A stretch of 64,000 bases of DNA from the human T2T-CHM13v2.0 reference genome, Homo sapiens: NCBI RefSeq assembly GCF_009914755.1, contig NC_060947.1, one strand, 5' to 3'. The notes under the pieces are model-generated. The model had not been told where the DNA came from, ran no database searches, and saw only the letters and a list, made by a program, of their open reading frames with translations. The first letter of the stretch is position 1. Each line of letters opens with the position of its first letter. Positions 11,657-25,784 of the stretch are shown one piece after another. A program made the position numbers and the translations under genes.

Positions 11657-13309
11657 TAAATAAATATTTGTGTGAAATAAATTTTTGACATATTTTTATG
11701 GTTGTCATGATTTTTAACTTTTTGAGAATTATGCCTTGACAGGTTTGCGTGATCAAATAAGTTCCTGAAAAGCCAAGTTGAACAAATTTACATAGAATTC
11801 TTTTTTAATAATAGTTTTTAAAATTGATACATAGTTACACAAGATTCATAACTACACACATCTCCCAGCCTTTAATTTGCTGTTTGAAAAGTAGATAATG
11901 CAACATTTCACAAACTTATTTGACACTGGACACTTTTTTTGCTCAAAATATCTTTAGAAAATACTGCCCTACATAGTGAGCATCACTGATATCACAGTCA
12001 CTACCACAGTCTTTAAAAGAAATATAAGTTACCTAACTGAATCTCATCTCAGTGGGAGAAGCATATTTTTAAAGATGAGGGAAGAGAGCTTTCGTGTCAT
12101 TTGGCACTAAGGAGGCCTCTATTCACGGTGAGGAAAGGTTTTTGTCCCCTTTTTATTTCATAATACCAAGCAAGATGCCCAACACCCCATCAGAAGTCCT
12201 AAGAGATGACAGAGAAGTGTCCAGTACATTGTTTTTCTTGCCCAAGCCAAATTTCTCATTGCCAAAAACCTTTCTTTTTCACCCAGCAAAATGTTCGTAT
12301 ATTTTTCCTTTTTCATTGATGTCTAGGATAACTATCCCACAGAGTTGGAGAACACTCACCAGTGGTTTGGGAGAAAAAGTAGCTGTGTCAGGAAATCTTG
12401 GTTCTATATCAGTAACCCTACATCATCAGAGGCCTGGATTGAGCCCAAACCCATGTTCCAACTATGGTTTCTCATTCTGGAAAGCTCTCTTGTCATTTGG
12501 GGCTTTTTTTTTTTCCCAGGAAGGCTCTCACTTTCTCTCTCTACAGCCAACTGACTCTCTTGAGTGCTAACTAAAGTTGGAGAATTTGAGGATTGTAAAG
12601 ATTGTCATTTTGTGGTTGGCTTAGAAGAAAACCTCGTAGGGAATCATGTCTCTAAATCTATGAAGCAGAGAAACTGTTCTTAAGTGGGCAAGGACCCGGA
12701 AGACTGTTCCTATGGATAATTGTGTATTAGTCCAAAGTGAATAAACCATGTAGGTTTGTATTTGAAGTCCCCAGAAACATTTCCACCAAACAGGAGTGTG
12801 AGGTGGTCCTTCTAACCTTTAATTTAATCACCTCTTCTCTACCTGCTAGAATATATTCTCTCAGGCAGCTTTTCCCCAGATTTCATCAATGTGGAAAACT
12901 ATTAAGGTTGGTAACCTTATTGTTAGTGGGCTCCGCAGAAATGTATGGGGATCTTAGCATCCAGAGTTCACACTCACATCACTGCCCACCAGTTCCTTTG
13001 ACGTAATGCAGACTGGAACAAGTCCTTGCTATATGATTCCCTCAGGTAGGTCTCCAAGATTCAAAACTGAACCCTGGCTTTTTTCCTAACTACCATCAAA
13101 CTACCCCATACTCACAGTGATGTAGATAACTCCAAGTGGGCAAACATTCCTATATTTCATCAATCATTTCTTCCTCTTTTTAGCTTACTGTTGACTGCAC
13201 AAGCAAGGCACTTTTCACAGTATGTAACAAGATTCACTCTTTGGCTTGGAGAAATGTTCTTGCAATTCATTCCATTTGCATGTGCGATGGTCACTGTCTT
13301 ACATCTTTT

Positions 13310-13730
13310 TAAATTTTAACTTTTTATTTTGAGATACTTGTAGATGTACATGCAGTTATAAGAAATAATACAGAGAGATCCCATGTATTCTTTACCCAGT
13401 TTCCTCTAATGCTAACATTTTGCAAAACCATAATGAAATATTACAAGCAAGATATTGATATTGATACAGTCCAGATACAGAACAGTTCCATCAGCACACA
13501 GCTCTATCCTGTTGCCATTATATAGACACATCTACCACCTTATGTCCCATCACCAATTCCTGAACCCTGGCGACAACTAATTTGTTCTCTTTTTCTAAAA
13601 GTTTGTCTTTTCAAAATGTTATATAACTAGAATCATACAGTATGTAACCACTTAGGATTTGCTTTTTTCCAAGTTAGTATTAATTCTCTAGAGATTAATC
13701 AAAGTCGCTACATGTATAGTCCATTTTTTT
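13310..13730 (-). mobile_element. L1MC-like 3' end
   Basis: ttttgagatacttgtagatgtacatgcagttataagaaataatacagagagatcccatgta...ttgatacagtc. Confidence 0.8.
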
Positions 13731-13737
13731 GAGCATT

Positions 13738-15060
13738 TTCTTTTTTTATTATTATACTTTAAGTTCTAGGGCACACGTGCACAATGTACAGGTTTGTTAC
13801 ATGGGTATACATGTGCCATGTTGGTTTGCTGTACCCATCAACTCATCATTTACATTAGGTATTTCTCCTAATGCTATCCCTCCCCCAGCCCCCCAGCCCC
13901 CAACAGGCCCCAGTGTGTGATGTTCCCCGCCCTGTGTCCAAGTATTCTCATTGTTCCATTACCACCTAACAGTGAGAACATGTGGTGTTTGGTTTTCTGT
14001 CCTTGTGATAGTTTGCTGAGAAAGATGGTTTCCAGCTTCATCCATTTCCCTGCAAAGGACATGAACTCATCCTTTTTTATGGTTGCATAGTATTCCATGG
14101 TGTATATGTGCCAAATTTTCTTAATCTTAGTCTATCATTGATGGACATTTGAGCTGGTTCCAAGTCTTCACTATTGTAAATTGTGCCTCAATAAACATAT
14201 GTGTGCATGTCCTTACAGTAGCATTTATAATCTGTTGGGTATATACCCAGTAATGGGATCACTGGGTCAAATGGTATTTCTAGTTCTAGATCCTTGAGGA
14301 ATCGCCACACTGTCTTCTACAATGGTTGAACTAATTTACACTCTCACCAACAGTGTAAAAGCGTTCCTATTTCTCCACATCCTCTCCAACATCTGTTGTT
14401 TCCTGACTTTTTAATGATCACCATTCTAACTTGCATGAGATGGTATCTCATTGTGGTTTTGATTTGCATTTCTCTGATGACCAGTGATGATGAGCATTTT
14501 TTCATGTGTCTGTTGGCTGCATGCATGTCTTCTTTTGAGAAGTGTCTGTTCATATCCTTTGCCCATTTTTTGATGGGGTTGTTGTTTTCTTGTAAATTTG
14601 TATAAGTTCTTTGTAGATTCTGGATATTACCCCTTTGTCAGGTGGCTAGATTGCAAAAATTGTCTCCCATTCTGTAGGTTGCTTGTTCACTCTGATGGTA
14701 GTTTCTTTTGCTGTGCAGAAGCTCTTTAGTTTAATTAGATCCCATTTGTCTATTTTGGCTTTTGTTGCCGTTGCTTTTGGTGTTTTAGTCATGAAGTCCT
14801 TGCCCATGCCTAGGTACTGAATGGTATTGCCTAGGTTTTTCTCTAGAGTTTTTATGGTTTTAGGTCTAACATTTAGGTCTTTAATCCTTCTTGAATTAAT
14901 TTTTGTATAAGGTGTAAGGAAGGGATCCAGTTTCAGCTTTCTACATATGGCTAGCCAGTTTTCCCAGCACCATTTATTAAATAGGGAATCCTTTCCCCAT
15001 TTCTTGTTTTTTTCAGGTTTGTCAAAGATCAGATGGTTGTAAATGTGTGGTGTTATTTCT
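13738..15060 (-). mobile_element. L1PA (PA6-8-like) 3' end
   Basis: tttattattatactttaagttctaggg; ORF2 C-terminal peptides at 14344-14553 and 13874-14098. Confidence 0.95.
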
Positions 15061-15337
15061 TTTTTTTTTCTGAGACGGAGTCCTGCTCTGTCACCCAGGT
15101 TGGAGTGCAGTGGTGAGATCTCGGCTCACTGCAACCTCCGCCTCCCGGGTTCAAGCAATTGTCTGCCTCAGCCTCCTGAGTAGCTGGGATTACAGGCGCC
15201 TGCCACCACGCCTGGCTAATTTTTGTATTTTTAGTAAAGACGGGGTTTCACCATGTTGGCCAGGCTGGTCTTGAACTCCTGACCTCATGATCCACCCACC
15301 TCAGCCTCCCAAAGTGCTGGGATTACAGGTGTGAGCC
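15061..15337 (-). mobile_element. AluS (Sg-like), lacking ~13 nt of the 5' end, no TSD
   Basis: Alu body ending ...gattacaggtgtgagcc. Confidence 0.95.
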
Positions 15338-18278
15338 TTCAGATGATTTCTTATTGCACATTAATGTCCTCTTCTTTTAGATTGAATAGCTCCCTCGAGC
15401 ATTTCTTGTAGGACAAGTCTGGTATTGATGAAATCCCCTATCTTTCATTTGTCTGAGAAAGTCTTTATTTCTCCTTCATGTTTGAAGGATATTTTCCCAG
15501 ATATACTTTTCTAGAATAAAAGTTTTTTCCTCCAGCACTTTAAGTATGTCATGCCACTCTCTTTTGGCCTGTAAGGTTTCCACTGAGAAATCTGCTGCCA
15601 GATGTATTGAAGCTCCATTATATGTTATTTGTTTCTTTTCTCTTGATCCTTTTAAAATCGATTCTTTATCCTGACCTTTCAGTCAATGTCTTAAGGTAGT
15701 CTTTTTTGAGTTAAATCTGCTCTACAACCTTCTTCTACTTGGATATTGATATTATTCTCTAGGTTTGGGAAGTTCTCCATTATTATCTTTTTGAATAAAC
15801 TTTCTGCCCCATCTCTCTCTCTCTACCTCCTCTTTAAGGCCAATAACTCTTAGATTTGCCCTTTTGAGACTATTTTCTAGATCTCATAGGCATGCTGCAT
15901 TCTTTTTTATTCCTTTTTCTTTTGTCTCCTCTGACTGTATTTTCAAATAGCCTGTCTTCAGGTTCGCTAATTCTTTCTTCTGCTCGATGAATTCTGCTGT
16001 TGAGAGACTCTGATGCATTCTTCAGGATGTCAATTGCCAATTTCAGCTCCAGAATTTCTACTTCAGTCTTTTTAATAATTTCAATCTCTTTGTTAAATTT
16101 ATCTCACAAGATTCTGAATACCTTCTCTGTGTTATCTTTGATTTCATTTAGCTTCTTCAAAGCAGCTATTTTAAATTCTCTCTCTGAAAGGTCACATATC
16201 TTTGTTTCTCCATGATTGGTGACTAGTGCCTTATTTAGATGAGCTGATGAAGCCATGTTTTCCTGGAGGGTCTTCATGCTTTTGGGTGTCCATCAGTGAC
16301 TGGGTATTGAAGAGTTGGGTATTTATTCCTGTCTTTGCAGTCTGGGCTTGTTTTTACCCATCCCTCTTGGGAAGGCTTTCCAGGTATTTGAAGGGACTTG
16401 GGTGTTGGAGATCTAAGTCTTTGGTCACTGCAGCCACATCTGCATTAGGGGGCACCTCAAGTTCAGTAATGCTGTGGCTGTCACAGACTCATAGAGGTAT
16501 AACCTTGGTGGTCTTGGGTAAGATCTGGGAGTAGTGCCTGTATTACCAGGCAGAGACTCTTGTTCTCTTCCCTTACTTTCCTTCAAACAAATGGAGCCTC
16601 TCTGTACTGAGCTGCCTGGAGCTGGGGGAGGTGTGACACAAGCACTCTTGTGGATACGATAGCAGGGACTGGGCTGGGTTAGACCCAAAGGCAGCACAGC
16701 ACTGGGTTTCACCCAAGTCCCAGAGTGACCATTGTTTGGCTACTTCCTATTTTACGCAAGGCTCAAGGGCTTTACAATCAGCAGGTGGCAAATCCAGCCA
16801 GGCTTGTGTCCTTCCCTTCAGGGCTGCCAGTTCTCTCCAGCTCTGGGTGGGTCCAGAGACACCATCTGTGAACCAGGGCCTAGAGTCAGGAACCTTAGGA
16901 ATCTACCTGGAGCTCTATTCTACTGTGGTTGAGCTGGCACCCAACCTGCAAGACAAAGTTTGTCCCACTCTCTCCTCCCTTTTCCTCAAGCAGAGGGGTC
17001 TCTCCCCATGGCCACCACCACCCCAGACCCATGGTTAAGTATTGCCTGATTAGCACCAATGTTCACTCAAGGCCCAAGGCTTCTTCAGTCAGCTTGTGGT
17101 GAGTGCTGCCAAGCCTGGGTCTCTCCCTTCAGAGCAGTTGTCTCCCCTATGGCCCAGGACAGGTGAAGAAATGCTGTCCAGGGCCAAGACCTGGAACTAG
17201 GGACTCCACGAACCCACTTGGTGCTCTACCCCACTGCAGCTGAGCTGTTACCCAACCTGCAAGACAAAGTTTACTTTACTCTTCGCTCTCCTTTCCTCAA
17301 GCAGGAGGGGTCTCCCCTCATAGCCACCACAGCTGTGAATGTGCTTGATCACACCTGATGCCAGCGTGGCTCTGAGTCTCACCCAAGGCCCACAGCAAGT
17401 AGTGCCTGGCTAACACTGCTGATTATTCACAGCCTTCCCTTCAAGTCAATAGACTCCTTTCTGGCCCAAGGTGTGTCTAGAGACCTAGGGCCTGGAATGG
17501 GGTCCTCACAACTCTGACTGATGCCCTATACTACTGTGCTGAGCTGGTGTCCCAGACGCAAGGCAAAGTCCTCTTTACTCTCCCCTCTCCTCAAATGGCA
17601 GGAAGGAGTCTCTCCTGGAGCTGTGAGCCATACTGCCTGGGGCTAGGGAAGGGGTGGCACAAGCACTCCCTTGGCCACCCTAGCTGGTGTCTCACTAGGT
17701 CACATGCACCCCAAGTCCACTGGCTCTCAGCACAGGACAGAATCAAAACTTGCCTAAGAATTGCAGTCCTTGTGGCCTAACCTGCCTTTCAAGTGTATTT
17801 GGGATTATAGACCACTTTAGCCTGTGGTGGTGAGGCTTGCTAGAACTTGTGCTCCAACCACTGGAATGGGCAATTTGCCTCTGGCCAGGACTGGTCTATA
17901 TGCTCTCTTTGTGTGTGCAAGTTGAGTTCTGCCCCTTCTTGCTTTCTGCTGTTACAGGGCAGCATTGAATTGCAATGCAAATTCTCACAATCACTGTGCT
18001 CTCCCTCCCCCAAGTACACAGATTCTTTCTCTGTGCTACAGAGCTCCTGCTAGGGGATCGGGAAGGAGTGGCATTGGCAATTCAAGATTGTCTTTCCTAC
18101 CCTTTTTAGTGCCTCTCTCCTTAATATAATGGTAAAACCAGGTACTGTGATCATTCACCTGATTTTTGGTTCTTATGAAGGTGCTTTTTATTGTGTAGAT
18201 AGTTGTTTCATTTGGCATTCTTGTTGGGGGGATTATGGCTGGCGGCTTCTATTTGGCCACCTTGCCCCACCTCCCCCT
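15338..18278 (-). mobile_element. L1M1/L1MA-type 5' portion (ORF1 plus 5'UTR), copy B
   Basis: Colinear with 1985-4942; ends ctatttggccaccttgccccacctcccc, an L1-like 5' start on the minus strand. Confidence 0.85.
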
Positions 18279-18287
18279 CTTTACCTT

Positions 18288-18409
18288 TTTTTTAACGGTA
18301 AGTCTGCTAGTGACAGATCCCTTTAATCTTCCTTTGTCTGAGAATATCTTTTTTAACGGTAAGTCTGCTAGTGACAGATCCCTTTAATCTTCCTTTGTCT
18401 GAGAATATC
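18288..18409 (+). repeat. Perfect 2 x 61-bp tandem duplication
   Basis: ttttttaacggtaagtctg...gagaatatc repeated exactly (18288-18348, 18349-18409). Confidence 0.98.
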
Positions 18410-20355
18410 TTTTTTCCCCTTCATTCCTGAAGGATAGTTTTGCCAGACATAGATTTTGTGATTGACAATTTCTTTTTCAGTACTTGAAAAAGGTGTCATT
18501 TCATTTTTCCCTCCATGTTGTCAGAAATCTGCTGTCATTTGAATTGGTGTTTCTCTATAGGAAATGTATTGCTTCTTTCTGATTGATTTCCAGAGTTTTT
18601 CTTTGTTTTTAATTCATAAGTTTAATTCTGATATTTCTTAGCTTTGATTGTTGTTGTTTGTTGTGCTTGGGATTTACTCAGTTTCTTGAATTTGTGCGTT
18701 TATCTTTTGCTTAATTTGGTTAATTTTCAATCATTATTTCTTCAAATACTCTTTTGGCTCCACTCTTTTATCTTCTCCTTTTGGAGCTCTGATGACATGA
18801 AAACTGGATATATTGTTATTGTCCCACAGGTCCTTGAAGGTTTGTTAAATTTTTTCAGTTAATTTCCCTCTTGTTAAGATTGGGCAAATTCTATTAATAT
18901 GCCCTCAATCTCATTGATGTTATCTTTTGTCATTTCCACTGTACTATTGAGCCCATTCAGTGAATTATTTCTCTTATTATAATAATTTTCAGCTCTTAAT
19001 TTCCATTTAGTTATTTTTATAACTTGTTTCTTTGCTGAGACTTTATTTTTCATTTGTTTCAAATAACTTGTAATTGCTTGTTTAATCATTTGTATGATTA
19101 TTGCTTTAAGACTCTTGTCACATATTTTGAACATATGATTCATCTCACTGTTGACATCATTTAAATGTCTTTTTTTTTTCATTCATTCAAGTTGTGATTT
19201 TCCTGCTTCCTAATGTAGAATGACTTTCAATTGTGTCTCAGACATTTTGGCTATTACATTAGAAGACTTTGGGTTCCACCTAACTTTTTAATTTTAGCAG
19301 GCACTCACCCTGTTTAGATTTAACATGCAAGTCCTGGCCTACTTTTTGGGCTGTGATTCCAATGACAATATCATTTCAGAGCCTTTATGGCACTATTTTT
19401 GTCCGTTTGGTTCATCTCTTCCCACTGGGGTCCCACTGATCCCTGCTTATGTTGTTTGAGAGTGCTGAAGAAGCTTGCTCAGGCCAAGCTGCCTGGAGCT
19501 TGAAGGTAAAGAAAGGGAGCCTCTTTGCTTCAGAGATGAATGGCATTTCCTGATGCTTGTTATAGAAGCCTCCTCCTGTCTGTGGAGGATGAAGAGTGCC
19601 TCTGTAGTTGGGTGCTTATTGTGGTAGGGCTCCTCTGAGTGTCTCTGAGTGGGAGCAATGAGTCTTAAGCCAGCAAGAACAAATAGGCTTCCCAGACTGG
19701 GTGCATCTCGTGGCAGTCTTCCTCACTGTCTGTGGGAAATGGAGAGCGCCTCCCAGGCCACACACTTATTGTGGCATAATCTCACTTGTCAATCCCTCCA
19801 CTTCCCCACACAACCCTCAACATACGTGGTATCTCTAAGGGGCAGAGAGGAGCCTCAAGGCCAGTGGGAAACGAGAATGCTTTCCCAGCTAGCACTTGCT
19901 ATGTCATAATCCCCTTTGCCAATGCCAGTAGTGGTGTGGTGTCACTGGGTGAGTGAGGTTGTAGAGTGCTTATGGTCACTTCTGGTCAGGATGGTCGCTT
20001 ATTTTCAGTGTGGCTTCTGATTGATTCCCCTTGCTGGTCCTGCTAGGTATGCATAATGTTGTTGTTGGGACTCCTCTTCCATCTGGGGGACAAATGAGCT
20101 TACATTAGCTGCCCTTTCTCTTAATAGGTTAGAGATTGGGGAAGTGCCACCTCTGTGTGTCCTTCTTGGCTTTCTTCTGTTGGGTGATAGTTCATAAGAT
20201 GCCCTGCCACGATGATGTTCCTCCAGTCCTGTAGTCCCTCTTCCACCTTTCAGAGCATTTCTCTGGTTGTCTCTTGAGTTAGTTTCAGGATTTATAGTTA
20301 TACTTAGCAGGGAGAAAGGAATAGAGGTAGGTCTCTACCATCTTGTTCAGACCAT
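18290..20355 (-). mobile_element. Old L1M (L1MC/MD-like) ORF1 plus 5'UTR
   Basis: ORF1-like peptide at 18874-19182 (SLNGLNSTVEMTKDNINEIE); ends ctaccatcttgttc (CAAGATGG on the minus strand). Confidence 0.7.
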
Positions 20356-20664
20356 AAATCTCATCTTTCTTTTTAATCTCTGTTTTAGTGATCTTTAGTA
20401 ATCTTACAATTCTCTTTACTATCACTTTTAACTTTTTCAGCTTTTGTACTCAACAGATATTAAAGAGTTAATAATATTTGTAAAACACCTTAGAATCCAG
20501 TACAAAATCAACAAATATGCATCCATATAACAAATACTGTGAGAACAGATACTAAAATGTTGGTATGTAAACACTTAAAACACAGTACTTTTGTTGGAAT
20601 AAGTCTTTATTCCCGTATAAGCTTGTAAGTAAGGAAGATTTACATATTTGCAATTATAGTGATC

Positions 20665-21350
20665 TTTTATTTAGTTCTTAGTGTACTCAGATAATGCTAA
20701 GGTCTTTAATATATTACATCACGGACTCTTGACAATAACCATATATGGTAGTGTAGTGAGTTGAATAGTGTCCCTCCAAAATGATAGTCCAATTCCTAAC
20801 CCCCAGTACCAGTGAACATGACTTTATTTGGAAAAAGGGTCTTTGCAGATGTAATTAAGTAAAGGATTTCAAGATGAGATCATCCTGGACTATGGTGGGC
20901 TCTAAATCCAATGACTGGTGTCTTAATAAGAGGAAGGAGAGAGATTTGAGACACAGAGAAATAAGGTCATGTGAAGATGGAAGCAGAGATTGAAAGTATG
21001 TTGTTGCAAGCCAAGAAAAGTCAAGGGTTGCCATTAACCACCAGAAGCCAGGAGTGAAGCGTGGAATGGATTTTCCCTCAGAGCTTTCAGAAGAAACCAA
21101 TCCTGCCAACTTCTTGATTTTGGACTTCTGTCCTTCAAAAATGTGAGAGAATAAATTTCTACAGTTTTAAGCCAGTAAGTTTGTAATAATTTGTTATGGC
21201 AGAGCTAGGTCACGAGTACAGGTAGTATTATAAATCTCCATTTTACAAATGAGGAAACAGGATCAGGAATGTTAAGTGACTGGCATAAGTTACACAGCTA
21301 GTAAGAAGTGGAGCTGGGAATTAAGCTGGAGACTATCTACTGCAAAGCTT
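20665..21350 (-). mobile_element. MIR split by an MLT1 LTR
   Basis: MIR core ctccattttacaaatgaggaaacagg...aagtgactggcataagttacacagctagtaag at 21236-21350; more diverged left part at ~20665-20750. Confidence 0.75.
20752..21220 (+). mobile_element. MLT1B/C-like solo LTR with 5-bp TSD GGTAG
   Basis: TG...CA termini; ttatttggaaaaagggtctttgcagatgtaatt; GGTAG at 20747-20751 and 21221-21225. Confidence 0.92.
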
Positions 21351-24321
21351 TTATTTTTCAACCTTAACCTTTTAAAATTTCATTGATAACAAGTTAAAAA
21401 CAGCATCATAACCTCCACACTTCTCACTCCTCTAACCCTTCCTCCAGGGACCTCTCCCTATCTCAAGACATCCATTCCTCTTACAGACTCTGAGTTCTTC
21501 TATCTCACGGCAAATTAAACTGGTTCTAGGGGAGAGGGCAGTGTTTAACACAAAGGCAAAACCTCTGATAAGGAGTCTTCAGATCACGAGCAACAGATCA
21601 GAGGTAGAGATGGTTTTAGGCAGAACAGGGCCTGTCAGTTCACATCATCCATGGTGATGCCTTGTTTCAACCACACTTAAAGCTAGCACATCCATCGTTT
21701 TGAGGATTAGGCTGCAGAAAAAGACATTTGCCTCATGGAACTCAGTCTGTGGACATTGAAAGTAAGTAAGGGCTGTCATCCAATTCACCCCCTGCCAAGA
21801 AACCTTGTATCAGGTGCTGGGGAGGAAAGCAGCAGTTGTTACTTCCCTGTGGATCATCTAAAAGTGTTTCTTTGTTAATAGGATGTCATTAAACATTATG
21901 CACACTTGGCTGGATATTAAAATTATAGATGAAAACATTTTTTTAAAAATGTGTGCATGTAAAAATAAGCTCATGTGTGAGAACAGAGTGGCTAAGCAGC
22001 AGACGGCACACTCTGGGGCTGGGGGCCCTGATGCCATGTGTGTCACCAAATTTGGTTTCACTAAGTCATTTCAATATCAAATAGTGAGAGCACCTACTGT
22101 GTGGCAGGCCTTGTTCTGAGTGATTCTCTGCTTGGTGTCAGCTACACTGGATACATTCTTAACTCACCATTCTCTGAATATAACTAAGATAAACAGAATG
22201 TCACTTTTTTCTTGCTTCTTTTGGCAGGAATTAGGAAAAAATAGGAACAGATAATTATACACTAGAGCCAAATAGACCTGAGACTGAATTCTGTTTTAAC
22301 CTTGACCTTTCCAAATGGAATATTTCACATTCATTCAGCTAACAACCTTGAACAAATGGCTCAGTGGTTAAAAGTCAGAGAAAGAATTAACAACAGTCAG
22401 TTATTTTCTGAAAGACTAGCCAAAGAATAGTTTCCAAAATACTAATTACTTAAATCTTGCTGGAAAAAAATATTCAAACACATTTTTAAGTTTTATTGTT
22501 TGGATCAACACGGACATAAGAAAATTATCAGTGTACTTATATCTTATGATTATATGAGTCTTTGCCTCAGAATAATTCTCTCTGAGAACTTTAAGGAACA
22601 AAATATTTCCTTAGTAGCAAAACATTTCATGTGGCAAGAGCCTCACTGAGTAAAGTTCAGTGTGAGAGTAGAACCCGGTGCCATGATTGTACAACTTCTA
22701 CAGCTTGTCTTGTGGTCTAGTCAGTCATGGAGAAGGTCCCCCATTCTAGAACAGACCCAATGTAAAGCCATTCTTTGGATTCCAATCTGCCATAGGCTGT
22801 CTGTAAAATATGGCATGCTTGAAGTTGGGCTGGAGGTTGACTCTGAAAGATAATGCTTCAACAACACATCTAATATCAGAAGTAGGAATATTCTTGATGA
22901 TAAAGAGCTTTTTGAAAGGGTCTGTTGCATGATTGAATGATGATGGTGAAGCCTGCCTTGAATTTTATGGGGTTATCTGCCATTTGATACATGCAAGCAA
23001 CAAGGATCTCCTAGGTCTGAAGGAATAGCATAAATAAAAAAGAAAAAGGTATAGATAATTACAATAATTTTTATTTGCCTAGATGAGTGGTAGACATTTA
23101 TGTAATATTACTAGCATAAATCTACAAAACTCCTTTAGTGAGTCTTAGATGCCATCAGACAGAAATGATTTTACCTTGAGGGTGAGGTGAGGGGGGTGCA
23201 CTATGTACCAGTGAGCAAGTAAAGCTCAAAAAAGGTGGTCTTCTTCCTGAGTATCGATTTTACTTACATTTGAGAAAAGCTATTATTTTTACTAGAGTGT
23301 GGCACCCTATCAGAGCTTATGTATTTCTTCTCCAGTGGAAGAAGCAATCAGCTGTCTGCCACACACAGACAGCTAGATCCTCATAGAAGGGGTTTTGGAA
23401 GGGTTCCTTTTCATTAAGCCAATGGAAGGCAAGCCTAGGAAAAAGATATTGTGAGGACTCATTTAACTCAGCAAAGCAAACTTCTACTTCTTATTACCTA
23501 GTTCAGGTAGAGTCCTGGGAGGTGGTAGAAAATTTTGCATGAGGAGTTATGGGGTCCTCCATTTCCTTCTCTGCTATTCTTGGTCAGAGGGTTTCCAGCT
23601 TTAATCCATAAGCAGATACTTATGCACTGGCCATGCTTGGAAGTTGTCAGGAGGCTGACCTGCATGCTTCTCAGTCATTGACATGCAAAGGCAGGGCGCT
23701 CCAGCATTAGGTGTCTGCCAAAAAGCTGGGTCTCTGGCTTTCAATCCACCATCACCCTTTTCTGACTACTGCCCTGTGTCTTCCAGAGCATTTTTGTCAT
23801 GTACCCTTTCTGCCTCTAACATTGGTGCATTAACACCTCTTCCTTCCACACTGCAGTTGTGCCCCCTCATAAAAAGGTTGAGCCCTCAGTGGCGATTCCT
23901 TTCAGGAACAGGGCAGATGACTTGTCCAATGGTGTGTTCCCATGCTGAGTGTGAAACTAGTGGAAGACTTGCACTGGGGAGTCAAAATCGACTTTTATCC
24001 TGCAGTGCTGGTGTGTGAGGAACCTATGGGATGTGATCAGGACTAAGGAGACTTCAGGAGAGTGGAAGAGCAGACTCCCACCACTGTGTGGCTCTGCAGA
24101 TTAGAGCCAGAGACTGACCAAGCAGAGAAATGATTGCTAGATGATCCATGTTACTCCAAGAGGGGCAGTTATTCTTAACCATATTTACCACCTTAACCAG
24201 AAACCTGGCCTCCCCTGCAAGAAGCAGTAGAGATGTTCATTTTTTTTTTTAATTTTTAACTTTGAAAAACTAAATCATTGGAGGCCAGGGTGTATATCAA
24301 CTTCAATAGCCCTAATTTCTT

Positions 24322-24374
24322 TCTATCTATCTATCTATCTAGCTAGCTAGCTAGCTAGCTATCATCTAGCTATC
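24322..24374. repeat. Compound (TCTA)n(GCTA)n tetranucleotide repeat
   Basis: tctatctatctatctatctagctagctagctagctagcta. Confidence 0.93.
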
Positions 24375-24379
24375 CAGAT

Positions 24380-24925
<546 letters not shown>

Positions 24926-24944
24926 TCTACATCTATCTACATAA

Positions 24945-25412
24945 TAAAATCAGTTATTTATTGCTGCCTAATTAATCACCCCCAAACTTAGTAGCTTAAA
25001 ATAACAAGCATTGCTCCACATGTTTTCAGTTAGGGTAACTCATGTGATTACATTGCAGTGAGACCTTGGCTGAAGCACCTCTTTTCTCCATATGGCCTCC
25101 CTCTCCTTGTGGTGTCTTATCCTCCAGGGCCTCTCCACATGATCTTTTTCTCTTTAGCAAGATAGCCTGGACTTCCTTATAATATGGCACCTTGGTTCCA
25201 TGAGAAAGGAAGTAAAAGTTTAAGGCTTGAGAGGCCTGACACAGTAATACTGACATGGTATTACTCCTGCCACTTTTCATGTCAAAGCAAGTAACAGGAC
25301 CAGCCCAGGTTCAAGGGGAGAGGAAATGGACTCCATCTCTTGATGGAAGGAGCAACATGTACATACAGGGAAAGGGACTTGTTGGCAGCCATCAACAGAA
25401 CTACCTTTCACA
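24945..25412 (-). mobile_element. MLT1 (F-H-like) LTR
   Basis: cacccccaaacttagtagcttaaaataaca...cagcccaggttcaaggggagaggaaatggactccatctcttgatggaagg. Confidence 0.8.
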
Positions 25413-25432
25413 ATTATACATATATATTCCTG

Positions 25433-25762
<330 letters not shown>

Positions 25763-25784
25763 TTATTTTTTATACTATGATTTC

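Noticed and set aside
12094-12570. 158-aa ORF in non-repeat DNA
   Set aside because: GTG start, F/S/L/P-rich composition typical of non-coding DNA, no recognisable homology.
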